Source: Camelus dromedarius (Eukaryota). From it: a stretch of DNA of 64,000 nt. Under the pieces are notes generated by a model, which saw only the letters and a program-made list of their open reading frames with translations, ran no database searches and had not been told where the DNA came from. Below, piece by piece: positions 12,661-25,669 of the stretch; the first letter of the stretch is position 1; every line of letters begins with the position of its first letter. Location: positions 23,252,001 through 23,316,000 of the forward strand of contig NC_087436.1 of NCBI RefSeq assembly GCF_036321535.1. The letters are read 5' to 3'. The translations under genes were made by a program, and so were the position numbers.

Positions 12661-13729
12661 GCCTGGTATTTGTTCATATGCGCAAGAGGCTTTTATTAGA
12701 CTTATATTATATTTGATGTATCCTCTTTGCTACAGACTGTACTTTAAAAAAAATAGGTTATCTTTAAAGTAACAAGCTTAACTCCCTGCCACATACTGGG
12801 AGAAGCTCTATTGCCTTTTACTTAAAGGAACAAAGTATGTCTCAGCCTTCGGTGATGGAGCAGGCTCACAGCAGCTTGTCTCATCTTGATATCTTTGCAC
12901 AATATCTGATGGTCCAACCCTCTGCCCCAAAGTGTGACCCAAAGGGCGAGCTTATAGGTTGATGTTCTGATGGAAGATTCCTGTGGATTTATAGTCTCTG
13001 ACACTGGCAACTCCAAGGCAACTTTCCTTATTTTTCCCTTTTCCTTTCCTTCTGTTTTTTAACAACTGGAAGGCAGTCATTCAGAATAACCCTGTGGCTA
13101 TCAGTTAGTCTGAGTGGGATATACTTACTCTTCCAATCACTGGCAAGCAAGGAAGAAATGGTCCAGGATGTAAGTGCCTGGTGCCGCACTTTCGTAACAT
13201 GTGTATGATGTTGATGGCATGTGTTTGAAAAGAATAAAGACTTGATTACAACCAAGATGGCTGGACTGTAGCCACTCTATCTGTCTGCCCCTAGGCCTTC
13301 CTCTCACACCCCCCAGTTCATCTTTTTAAGCTGCTGCTTACACACTCTTTCTAAAACTTCAGTGTAATCATGTTTTCCTCTGCTTCAAACCTCCTCAACT
13401 TCCTACAGAATAATAAACAAGCATATAAGAATGTTTATAATCAGTCACTGCCTATTCTCCATAGACTAATTTCTCAGCCCTTATTGATATTCTGTGGGGT
13501 AAGGAACCTAAACTCTATGAGGGGTTACAGTTTATTCCTTTTTCCCACTTACTGGTTTTGGTATATAATTTACAGCATCCTTTGTCACACTGTCAAAATC
13601 CATGAACCACATGCAATATGCCAACAACTCTAAACCCAAATTTAGACCTAAGAGTGAGAAATAGAGGAGAGGGTTGACTTTTGACGTTTTGGAAGTGAAC
13701 AAAACCTTGGTATAAAACAATGTATGATC

Positions 13730-13812
13730 TATGTGTGTATAAGCATGACTGGGACACTGTGCTGTACACCAGAATTGACACATTGCAACTGACGGTACTT
13801 CAATAAAAAATA
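13730..13812 (+). mobile_element. Short L1 3' end
   Basis: GCTGTACACCAGAATTGACACATTGCAACTGAC...CTTCAATAAAAAA, the same tail as at 10.2, 25.0 and 46.7 kb. Confidence 0.8.
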
Positions 13813-16800
13813 TATATATATGATCAATATTAAATTTCATCAAAAGCCAAAAAGGAAATCTTTGCATCAGATATTTGGACAATACTCCTGTATAATTTGT
13901 ATTGAAATGTCAGCTATTTCCAGAGAGAAATGAGAGACTAAAATGAAAGAAATGAAAGAAAACGGGGAAGTTATTAAATATAATAAAATGCTCTACCCTC
14001 ACTGAAGGCTAGCAACTTTCTAAATGGGAAACAAATTTTTAATTTTCTTTTTCCTTCTTCTTCTTTTTTCTAGTCTTAATAGCCACTTGTATTTGCCACA
14101 GAGCAGACCTGATGCAAAATCTCCAGTTACACCTGTTCAGTTGCATCCCAGATACCTGATTCTATTGTATCCCACTAGAGGGTAATATTGGGCTAAAGAC
14201 CATTCATTCCCTGTGACTAAATTTGAGGCCCACATTGAATACACTCTGGTTAAAGTTTTACTTCTCCAGTAAAAGCTAGAAGGATACATTCCCCCTTAAT
14301 GCTCCATACAACTAGGGCAGAAAAGGAGGGCAGAGCTTTGAATGCAAGTGTAACTCAAATAATCATCAAGAAGAGCTTGCAGAAGCACTCAGCAGAGACA
14401 ATGCACTTTATTCCATCATGAACACAGGAAGCCAAAGGATCGAAGGGAGAAATGATTATGTGGAAGACAGATGACGTCCTTCATGACGCAAACATTACTT
14501 AACATGAAATATTCCCACAGGATTTTGTTTCAGCTTAAAATGTAATTTCTTTTTGGGTCTGTGGCCTTAAACTGGCAACATTCCCCTCTACAGCCCTGCT
14601 AGGGCAAGCCTGTTCCCAGGGGCACGGAGCCTGCAGCTAGCACGCCTCGGGCACCTTCCATCCGGCTGGCCCGGTGACTTCTGGTGGCCTCCCCTGACAG
14701 TCTTAAGCTCGTGCAAAGCCTGTACAAAAATCTCATCCAAAAGCACGGTCTAGGTCAGATCCTTCAGCTTTCAAAAGCTCCCTCCCCACCAAAGTCTTCC
14801 TTCTCTTGCACTTTGTATTTTCTCCGCAAAAGAGGCAACCTCAGTTGCTCTTTTAAAAGCTTCTTTAAAAATATGGATGGCCTGAATGAAGAAATAAACA
14901 AAGGTCAACATGATCCACATGAAATGAGACAATCATTTAAGAATCCGAGGGTGCTACTTTTAAAACAATAAAGCCTTAACCTTGACAGCGGGCTCAATGC
15001 TGAGCAGGCCTTCCACCAAGAAAGCTCTCAGACAGCGACACCAGCAGACAAAACTGGGTACTGTTCTTTCTCAGGTTGGCAAGAGGGAGAAACACAGGAG
15101 AGGACGTAAAGAGTTCACTGAGTGAAAAAGCTAGGTCAAGTTTCAGAATCATTCAGGCCAGCTCCCTTAGAAAAGTCCAGGTTCTATTTCTGATTGACAT
15201 CGCTGGCTGTGAGGGGCGGGGATGGGGCAGTGCTGCCTGAGCCAGGACCAGCAGGCGAGACAACCACAGGCTCACCCTCCCTCATATGTTTCTATGGCTC
15301 TCCCTCCCCCATCTACAGATGGAGTCTTTGGAAACGGGAAGAGATACTCTACCCCAGTGCAAAATCTCTAACCTAAGAGCTCTGGCAAAAAAGAAAAAAG
15401 ATTCACAAAAAAGACAAAGCAGAAGGCAGGTCACTGGCGCCACCTCTTATGGGAAGAAGCATCTTCCCCCGCACACACCTCTGCCCTTTCCCGTGGACTC
15501 CCTCCTCTGTCTTCTCTCCCTCCTCCCCTCTGACTGCAGCTGCCATGGAAACTCTTGGGAGAAAAAAAGCAAACCTGAGGATTTTAGTGACCCCTCTGGT
15601 TCCTAAGAGGAGGAAAGGAAGAAATTCAGTAAAAACGCTCAGTGAAGCTAAGTTTGTGGGCAGACTTTACCCCAGATATCTGGCCTTCCCTCTGCCTGTA
15701 CTTTTAAATATATATTGTTTAATATAATACAACCTCAAATGCTAGGAATCAGCGAGCCATTTGGGTTCAGTGCTGGCCTCAGACCTGGGCCATTGCTGTC
15801 CTGTCTTGGGCACCATGCTTTAAGCGGGCCCCGCCTGGTCCACCCACCCAGGTCAGATAGCCTCCGACGACTGCTCCAGAAGGACCATGGACACTGTGCT
15901 GAGTGGAGCTAGGTCACCCTCACCAAGCAGACCACACTCCAACCCGGACCCTATTGTTCTCTGCCTGGTGTCCTTCCCATCCCGCTGAGAGTAGATCCAT
16001 GTACCCAGATGCGGGCATCCTAGGGTACAAAGGTGCCTGTGAGTTGCCTGTTGAGCACACTGTTCATGGAACTTTGATGTATAAGCTGGGGTGTCACATC
16101 ATGTGCACAAGGTCACTCATGGTGAGACACGGAGGGGGCCATAAGAGAAGGGGGCGAGCCTACGGCCTCCTGTGGACTCTTGCTGCACCCAAAGTGCTTG
16201 CAGTGAGCCTGCCTGGGATAAAAATCTTTCTTCAAAAAAGGATCACAGTCAGTTATTTCTAGTATGAAATCAAATTTTAAAGGAACCATTAGACCATAAC
16301 ACTTTGCATAAGCAGGGGCAGGGCAGGGATGGAAGGCAATCCTGCTGTATGACTGCATCCTGCACTAATGCTGGGTACCAGAGGATCTCTAATGAGTCTA
16401 ACCTCTGGGCTGACACCCTTATTGGCATCACTATTCACCTCATGGCAAGCGGTGCCCCATTTGCATGCCTAAGATGGGCATGGTTGATCAGTTTTATCCT
16501 GTAAGCCAGGTCCTGGCTTGTGTATTACATTTGCAAGGATTCTGAGACATTCTCTAGACTCATGAAAAAGGGTGTCATTATCTGTTACCCGAGTCCTGCC
16601 ATCTGTGCAGGATGGAGAAATAGCAGCACCTGTACCAGGTATCTGCTACCACCAGTCAAAGAGAGAACATTTTCAGACTTCCTGAGGATGTGCTTGTTAG
16701 ACTTTATCCTATTTTAAACTGGAAACATCCTAAGGAGCCTAGATAGTTGAAGATTAGACTCCCATCAGGAGTATTTGGGTTTTATTTTCTGGAAACCAGA

Positions 16801-17361
16801 GATACCTCCCTTCTGCTAACCCCGAGTTGGGCAGGTTTCGGTCATGCACTTGTTATCTTATCCTCAGCCCCTCCTTATACTGGTAGCAGCTTGCTTTTCT
16901 GTCCTCATCATGAGACATTCACATGGCACCTCCTGCTACCCCAGCCTTGCCATTTTTCTTGGCTGAGCAGCCTCAGGCCCTTGAGAAATATAGGTGGACA
17001 ACAAAGGATTCTCCGAATTCCAGACTGTCCTACTTCAGCCGAGGTGGATGGAGGAAGATCAAAATGGCCAGGTGCCAAGCTCTCAATGGTTAAGGCAGTA
17101 ATGACGGCAAAAATTTCTTCTACCCACAGTACAGCAAAACCCATCTGGATAAAATCATGCTTTAATATTTAAAGATTATCCAGTCCAAATTCCACAATCT
17201 TACAGGGGAAGAAACTAAGACTGAGAATAATTAAGCTTTACTCAGTTTGAGGGAATAAAAGTGGATCTGGTCATTTCAGTTTCAGGCTTGTCTGATTTCC
17301 AGACAAGAAACTCTGAGATATTTGGACACTTTGTGATATGTCAACACATTTGTTAGGCATA

Positions 17362-17502
17362 GGGGAAGGATATAGCTCAGTAGTAGAGTGTGTGCTTAGC
17401 ATGCACGAGGTCCTGGGTTCAATCCACAACATCTCCATTTAAATAAATAAATAAATAACCTCTAATTACCTCCCTCCTCCTCCAAAAAAAAAAAAAAAAA
17501 AA
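17362..17502 (+). mobile_element. tRNA-Ala-derived SINE (camelid vic-1-like)
   Basis: GGGGAAGGATATAGCTCAGTAGTAGAG A-box, GGTTCAATCC B-box, (TAAA)n, poly-A; TSD CAT(T/G)TGTTAGGCA 17347-17359 / 17504-17516. Confidence 0.88.
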
Positions 17503-18134
17503 GCATGTGTTAGGCACAGATATTAATGGTCAAGTTTCCCCTTTGAGAACTGCTAGTATTTCACAGTGCTTTTCACTACAGCCTTGATGGCAGCCTTCCC
17601 CCAGGCAGCCTTCCCTGACTGCTTATGTGCTGAGTGCTTTCCCTTAGCACACACTAGACAGTTGTGGGGGTGGGCTCTCTCTGTGACTACAGGTTGACTT
17701 CACCCCCTAGAAACAACAGAATTCATTTATAATGGAAATTTAAACTTCTCTGCTGCTTCTCACTATTTACAGTAAAAAGAGTTTTCTTTGTTTTTAACTG
17801 GGAGTAAAAATTACATAATTTGTACCAATGACATCGAAATATAAGTTAAATGGCTGCAGAGTACCATAAAGTTTCATATAGATTGTAATTTAGAATGCCT
17901 CTTATATACAAACAAAAAATTCAGAGAATTTGTGGGAAAAGAGATGCTTTGCTTCAGATCATTTGATATTCATAAGGATTTCCCATACAAAGCAATTTTT
18001 AAAATCCAGACAGACTAATTTACATTTAAAGGTATGAGTATATTTTAGTTTTTTAGTTTAATAATAACTTCTAATACCTTAAAGATCAAGTATCTGCTCA
18101 CTCTTCTTAATCTTCTTAAAAAATACATTGTTGA

Positions 18135-19110
18135 AGACTTCTGCTTCTAGGTACAACAGACAACCCGTGTCAGACCAATTCTATTACAAGAACAACTAGA
18201 AAAGCTGGATAAAATACCAAAAACAAAACAAAGCAAAGAACTTATCTGAAAGCAAACGGAAGCTACCCAGGCAGCCAGGACTTCAGGGACTAAGGTCTTG
18301 GGAAGAAGGAGTATGCATGGAGGTGATCCCAGTATGCATAGACCTGCTCAGCTTTTCTCCTTAGAATTTGTCACTTATTTATCAGTGCAGGGTTAAGAGG
18401 TTGAGAAGCTAAGCAAAAAGTAGTGGCAAAGAGGTAAAGGTGCAGAACAGAGCTTTGAGTAGCCCCTCAAGGCTGGAGAGATGAAAACTGGAGTGTGGGA
18501 ATGACAAGGTAGCAAGACCATGAGTCCAGATCCTGGAGAGGATGTCAGTGAAGAGGAGCAAACTCTGCACTGGGTGCTGCTTTCCCTTCAAGGTTTCAGC
18601 ATGTGGCCGGAGGTTACGAAACTGAGCAGAACCTCAGGCATTCTCACTGAACAAGGTGAGCTCAGATTCCAGGGCCTGCCAAGGAGGTGGAATTCTGGTA
18701 AACACCCCCAGGCTATTAGTTAGAATTTCTGAAAGCCTTTATTCCAAAATTAAATGTGAACCAAAATAGATCAGTCTTAAGATCAAAATCCAGAAATAAA
18801 CTTAATCTCTGGAATAAGGAAACTGTGTCTACTTTTACTGCTATCCCTCCAAAAGGTACACTTTCTCTGGATGAAGAAAGTATCATCCAAAGACTGTATG
18901 CTTTTCATATACAACATCTGGCATTCAATAAAAATAAGCAAAAAAAAATTAGTAACCACACTATGGGACAGAACTAAAGTAAAAAATAGTGGACTCAAAC
19001 CTACTATTGACACAGATATTAATGTTATTGGCATAGACTTTTTAAAGATTATGTTTAACTTATTTAATAAGATAAATGATTAAATGGAAAATTTCATGAG
19101 AAAACTAAAA
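18135..19110 (+). mobile_element. Old L1M 5'-region remnant
   Basis: GACTTCTGCTTCTAG start and ACAACTAGAAAAGCTGGATAAAATA typical of old L1M 5' ends; A-rich; boundaries approximate. Confidence 0.6.
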
Positions 19111-19799
19111 TAAAGAATCAAATGATAGAAAACAAACTTATGGTTATCAAAGGGGGAAGGAAGGGGAGAGATCAACTATGAGTCTTGGAAGCCATTCTGC
19201 CTCTATCTGAAAACCCTCTCTCTTTCTGGGACTTGGGTTCTTGGAAACAAAAGCTGGGAAGGAAGAGTTTTCAGGACACCTTATCCATTTCATCCTACCT
19301 TTTATCTCCTAAAGCAATGAGCATAAAGCCAGCTATATGCTTGAATGAGACAGAGGGAAAGGGAAAATATAGGAAGGAAAAAAACATAAAATAATTTTTT
19401 AAAATATTAAGTAGCCCTAAGCAAATTCTGTTGATTTCTTCCATCAAATCAGGTTTCCATTTGGCCCCTGAAATGTTGATGTCTCTGCATTTTTCTCATC
19501 TCCCACAGGTCCCTTTCTTCTCAGTTTGTCTGCATCTCATCCTCTTTTCATTTTCATCTAGGCATGATTTCTCTTTGGACTTTCTGCTTCTTTTTTTTTA
19601 AAAAAAATTGTGTCTTCTTTACATCATGTTTAACAGGCTACATAATTTTTCTTGCATTTTCTTCTGGCTCCTGAGGCAAGAAGTCCTCTTCACCACTGTG
19701 TTTCTTCTTTGTTTGTTTTTCTGTTTATTCATTCTTAACCCAAGGGTGACCTACCCTTGGACTTGCCAAAAGAGGCTTCTGCAGCTTGTCATTAGCACC

Positions 19800-20580
19800 T
19801 GTTATGGGCTGAATTATGGCGCCCCCCTCACCAAACTGATATGTTTAAGTCATAACTCCCAGTATCTCAGAATGTGACTCTTTTTGAGAATAGAGTTATT
19901 GCAGGTATATTTAGTTAAATTAAGATGAGGTCATTAGGTAATGTGGATGAAACTAGAGGACATTATGCTAATAAACCAGACATAGAAAAAACCTGCATGA
20001 TCTCACTTATATGTGGATACTAACAAAGTTAAGAACATAGAAGCTGAGAGTTGAAGTGGTTAGCAGGGGTGAGGAGGTGGGGGAAAAGGAGAGACATTGG
20101 TCAAAGGGTACACAGCTGCAGTTCTATGGATGAGTAAGTCTAGAGATCTAAGGCACAGGATGAAGACTAGAGTTAACAGTACTACGTGAATACTGGAAAT
20201 TTCTGGTGCTCTCACCACACACACACAGAAAAAGAGAAAAATGGTAACTTGTGTGAAGGGATGGATGTGTTAATTAGCTTGACTGCAGGAACAATTTCAC
20301 TATGTAAATGTATATCAAATCATCATGTTTTATACCTTAAATATATATACTATTTATTAGATGAAAAAAGATGAGGTCATTAGGGTGGACTCTGACCCAA
20401 TATGTGTCCTTATAAAGAGGGGCTATTTGGACACAGACACACACAGGAAGCACACCACGTGAAGGTGAAGGCAGAGACTGGGATGATGCTTCGAACTTCA
20501 AAGATGGCCAGCAAACCATTAGAAGTTAAAGGAGAGGCATGGAACAGATTCTTCTCACAGCTCCCAAGAGTTCAACCCAA
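19800..20580 (+). mobile_element. MLT1 (MaLR) LTR split by an L1 3' end (19939-20367)
   Basis: TGTTATGGGCTGAATT start; perfect 17-bp TSD AAGATGAGGTCATTAGG at 19922-19938 and 20368-20384. Confidence 0.88.
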
Positions 20581-23249
20581 CGCGACATAAATTTAGCTAC
20601 AGTATAAAATTAACATTGTCACTTCCCTAGTTAAAGCCTCCTCAATACTGAGGAGCATCTCGGACTCAATTATCTCTTGCTTTCCCCTGCCTTGCCTTTG
20701 ATAGTCCAGAAATACCAATGAGCTTTTATTTATTTGAACATATTATGCTGTTCCTTGGCTCCATGTCTTGGCTGTGCTGTCTCATCTGACTGGCATGACC
20801 TTGCTCTCCACGTCCCATGCCCCTGTCCCTTGCCTGGAAATGCCTGCTCACTTTTCAAGATGTGGATCCATCTCCATCTTCTTCAGGAAGCCTCCCAAAT
20901 GCCCAGAGTCTGGATCAGGCACACTTCTCTGCTCCCCAATCACCTGGCTGTATCTCCACATCCCTAGCACTGTGCCTACCATATTGTATCATCATCTATT
21001 CATGTGTCTGTCTCCTTAGACCTCAGCCCAGTACATGCAGTGGGTGCTCAATAAATGCACCTGGAATCCGACATTCATTGAACAAACAATTACTCCAAGA
21101 ATGTCAGAAGAGCTCCGCCCAATGGACAGATACCCCAAATACCAATCCCCTTCGTACCTAACCAAGGAATGCAGAACAAGATAATTTAGCAAAGGATCAA
21201 AACAAAGAGGGTACATCTCAAAAGAAACAGAGTAGAGCATGTGACAATTTAGAGCTTACAGCTTCTAAGTAAACTAACCTCCACGTGAGCTATTTTATTA
21301 TGAAATCCAGCTGGGCAAAGAAAGCCTTCTGGAAAGCCCTCAAAAGGTCATTCTAGAGATTACAGGAAAGTAAGGGAAAGGAAGCTTTATTCTCTCGTCT
21401 GTGAGGATCAGGGATCTTAAAATCAGTCACATGTGTGTTTCTAAATAATCATTTTAAACATACAAATAAAATGTAAAAGAGAGCGCTTTTACAGAATTCT
21501 ATGCACACACATAAATGTACGTGCACAGCACAAAGAGTGCACATACCCTGTCCTCTCACGTCAGACACAGCACTGTGGGAAGTGGGGGATGCTGAATCCC
21601 TCGGTGGGTTCCTCATGACCCGCTCCCTCAGCATTTCACACTCTGTACTCAAACAACAAAGTGAGAATGCTTAGGGGCAGTACTTCCCTTCCTTTATTTT
21701 GCCCTGCTGCATCATGCTGTGGATGAAGTAAAATCTATCTGTTCCTTAGTGTCAGAGCTTCATCCTTCCCAAATACTCGGGATCAACAGCTTGTCACCTG
21801 GGCTCACAGCGTCCACAGGCTGCACGCCAGCTGAGAGGCCCCTGGCCGGTCTCTGTTTTCCACACAGCGCTGGAAATCGGCAAACAGTGTCGAAGCAATA
21901 GCCACAGACATCACCAAGGACACTTGCAATGTAACCCCAGTTGGTCTTTGCTCCTTTCCCCAGTGTCTATATCACATTCGCACCAGGGCTGCAATCACTG
22001 ATCTCTGACCAAGTCCTCTCTGCCAGGCGGGACACACCACTCTGACATTTCCACTTGTCCAGGAGATTGGGAAGAGGAGGGGTGAGGGGAGGAGAGGGTC
22101 CTGGAACTGGGCTATGACCTCTAACCCGGTAACCACTTCCCCATCAGAACAGAGGCCCAGCACCCCCACCCCACGCACCAGGAGCGACAAGGATTTTCCT
22201 CAGCTGGAATGTCCCCATTTCACCCTCATCCCACTCCTGGCCGCCCTCAGTAAAGAGATCTGGGATCCAGCCCTGCTCCTCCTATGTAGTAACTGTTTCC
22301 CAGGATGGGTCACAGAGTCAAGGACTCATGGTCTCACAGTGTGAAGGGATCTTTCACATCTTTGAGCAAACCCTTTAGTTCAATGCTTTGGTTCCCTACA
22401 ACCTGCAAAGTGGTCATCCAACCTGTATTTAAAAATGTAATTGAAACAATCACCTATTATGCCTTTTTTAGGTGCCTCTCTGTCCTTGTTTTGCTAAGAT
22501 TTTTACTAGTGTTATTTCATTGTGTCCTCACAATATCACAGTAATTATGACTCCTGTCCCCACTTTACAGACAGGATGCATGAGGTCACATGGATTGCAC
22601 ATGACAGATTCAAATCCAGGTCCTTCTGACAAGAAATCTGATACTCTGAATTAATATGACACCAAACTACCTGAAATTTAATACCTGCAGTGACAGAGAA
22701 CTTGTTATCAAAAATAGCATCACAGACCATCTCTGATCACATGGACTAAGTAGAACGTTATTTACACTTATCTAAAATCTGTCAACCTGCACTCTCCACT
22801 CTGAAGCGCTGATTCTTTTCCTTAATCGTGTACAAAGCAAATCTAACTCTCCATTGGCTATGCCTTCAAGTTCTGAGGACAGGACTGTCCTGTTCTCCAG
22901 GCAATCACTTCCTCTTCATGCTCTGCTCTCTCCACTGGGCCTCGATCCCTATAAATTTCATTTTTCAAAATCTCACATATATTACCTTTCCCACCTCTTC
23001 CACCAGGTTCTACTGAGATCAAATGAAATAAAGTGATTTTTAGAGTAAAAGTGATATAATATTTATTCTTCTCTTTGTAAGTCCCTTGGTAATGTACATA
23101 AACCAAGTAAAGGATATGTATCTCATGTGATTTTTTGATAACCTTTGACATGACTTATAAAAAAATGTACATGAGTATATTTAACAATTATACATCTTCA
23201 AATACAGTAAAGTATCATGTCACAAATATATCGGGAAGGCAGTTTGGGT

Positions 23250-23475
23250 ATTGTTTAGTGATTGAGATCTTGGAGGTCAGACAGATCCCAAGTGTATTAT
23301 GAAATGGTCAGGTGACCTAGAAGTTACTTAACTCCGCTGAGCCTCAGAGTTTCCTCATCTGTAAAGTGGGGTCACAGCAGCGCCTACCTCAGACGACAGC
23401 GATGAGGACTACACGTGGTGCATTTTGTAAAGTGCTTAGAAAGTGTCTGGCACTTGTCAAATGCTGTACAACTAT
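23250..23475 (+). mobile_element. MIR SINE
   Basis: AAGTTACTTAACTCCGCTGAGCCTCAG...TTTCCTCATCTGTAAAGTGGGG core. Confidence 0.8.
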
Positions 23476-24610
23476 CTGTTAAGGGCATGAAATGGATGAG
23501 TCTCTCCTAGCATTAGGGGGATTGTGTTTTTCTGGTGCTAAGCACAAGGAGCGGTCCCCTAATAAGAACCACCTAACGACTCAGGAATACTCATCACCAA
23601 CGTGAAGGATCTGAGGTCAGAGAAGTCATTTGTCCCCGCTCACCTGGTTAGTAGGCATCTTAGAATCCGAACACAGGCCTGTTGCTCTCTTAATCACTAG
23701 GCTATACCACCTGAAGCAGAATGGAAATGCAATATTTTCTCTTTAATGCAGAACTTGAGGGGTTCCCTCTCTTTGGGCTGGGCTGGGCTGGACCCAGAAA
23801 ACCCCATCCTGTCCTCTCCCTACTGTTTCCCTGGTCCTAAGGGCAGTTCCTTGCCCCGCTTGCAACCAGTGCCCATCAGCAGACACCCACAGGCTGAAAC
23901 ATGCACAGCCCTTCAGACAGACCCAGACACGCAGGGCGCAATCCCAACTGAGCTTAGTACTGCCACCAATCTGCTGTTTTAAATGTTAAGCCATATAAGT
24001 ATCATCCTACATATGACTTTCTCATATTTTGGCTAATGGTTTTAGGGTAGATACCCAGAAGTAGAATTATTGGAGCAAAGAATATGGACATTTTCTTGGC
24101 TCAATGCTAACTGCCAAATCGTTTTCCAAAAGAATCATGTGACTTTATAGTGCCATCATTAATACAGCACTGATACTATAATTACCATATTTTACATATT
24201 TATAATTTATAGTTATAATAGTCATAATTTATTAATATGTATAACAGTAAATTTAAAATTCACATGTAAGTGTTATAATAATTATAATTTTGGTAGAGAC
24301 AAGTATTAATGTATTAGATGAGAAAGGTACAATTTTTTTATTAGTGATAGTAAATATAGCTCCCTATTTTAAAGGTTGTATTTCTTCTTTTATAAACTGT
24401 CTCTTCTGTCACTTGCCCATTTATCTATAAAACTACAACATGACATTTCCTACCAGTGGTTAGAAAAGTGTAGAACATTATTCAAATGCATAGCATTGTT
24501 ATTTATCACTTATTTATTTAATACAAAGACGTTTTGTTCAGAGATTCCTCCTTGACCACAGCTCATCGTTCTAAATTTTAAAAGAGGAACATAGGAATTT
24601 AGCACAGTGG

Positions 24611-24875
24611 GAACATGCTGCCACCTGTCAGCTACGTCATACAAGGTCTGCCACCCTTGCTGACACGGACCTGTTCTTTACCGCTTTACCTCTTGTGCTA
24701 GAAGAGCAGACGTCTGACCCTTTGGGGATGCCACCCTCTCCCCTACTGTTCTCTCCAACTTGGGGCAAACTTTCTCCTACTTCCCAGAGCCTCTCAGAAG
24801 TGGGTGAGGTAGCCTGGCCCTTGGAATCCAGAATCTTTCAGAACCTGGAACTCTTGTGACCTCTCAGGGTCTTCC
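24611..24875 (+). promoter_or_regulatory. UCP1: UCP1 distal brown-fat enhancer
   Basis: Colinear with the recalled eutherian UCP1 enhancer: CRE TACGTCA 24633-24639, URE1/PPRE position 24651-24663, AGAAGAGCAGA, CCCTCTCCCCTACTG, GGCAAACTTTCTCCTACTTCCCAGAG, TGACCT 24857-24862; about 4.3 kb upstream of the TATA box. Confidence 0.88.
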
Positions 24876-24985
24876 CACAGGAGGCTTTGCCTTCTGCTTC
24901 TCTGGGACCTTCCGTACTGGCGCTGTGCCTCGCACGTCTCACTCACCACTGAATAAACTGCTAGTGTCTCCTGCAGAAGGCTCTT

Positions 24986-25167
24986 TCTATCTTAATTAAG
25001 AAAAATTTTTATTGAAGTACAGTCAATTACAATGTGTCAATCTCTGGTGTACAGCACGATGTTCCAGTCATGCATAGACATATATTTATATATTTGTTTT
25101 CATGGTTTTTTCCATTAAAAGTTATTACAAAATATTGAGCACATTTCCCTGTGCTGTACAGAAGGAA
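24986..25167 (-). mobile_element. Young truncated L1 3' end
   Basis: Perfect 18-bp TSD CTCCTGCAGAAGGCTCTT at 24968-24985 and 25168-25185. Confidence 0.9.
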
Positions 25168-25669
25168 CTCCTGCAGAAGGCTCTTACCTGGCCACAGCTA
25201 ACCAGATGTCTATATGCCAGAGCAACACTGCCCGTGAACTACCTGAAAGCCATTGCAGCCTGTTCTCTGCCACAGCCTCAGACCACAAAGGTGGGGAAAC
25301 AAACTTTCACGTGCCCAGCATCCCTTGCTATCCTTTATCCTCGTGGTCTCAAATCAGTCAGCCACTCTCCCCCTCTCCCTGCGTGTCTTTACCTGGTTTG
25401 CCCCACAACCCTTCATGTTTTCTGACAGATCTTTTTCTCATATTCCCTCCCCTCCTAATAGCTCTCATTTCACCCTCTCCTCTAGTTTGTTGTACTCTGA
25501 CTTTTTAAAACATAGGAGGAAACAAAACAACTTTTAGTTTGCCCTGCTTCTTCAAAGATGTAACGTGACGTCTTTTTATAGTCCAAGTTCAAAATCCTCC
25601 AGCCACACACTGCATCCAACTCCTCATCATGAAGGTAGTGTTGGAGGAAAGGGTAAGCAGAGTGTATGT

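Noticed and set aside
17362..17435. Possible tRNA-Ala gene
   Set aside because: Acceptor and T stems are degenerate; followed by a SINE tail, poly-A and TSD.
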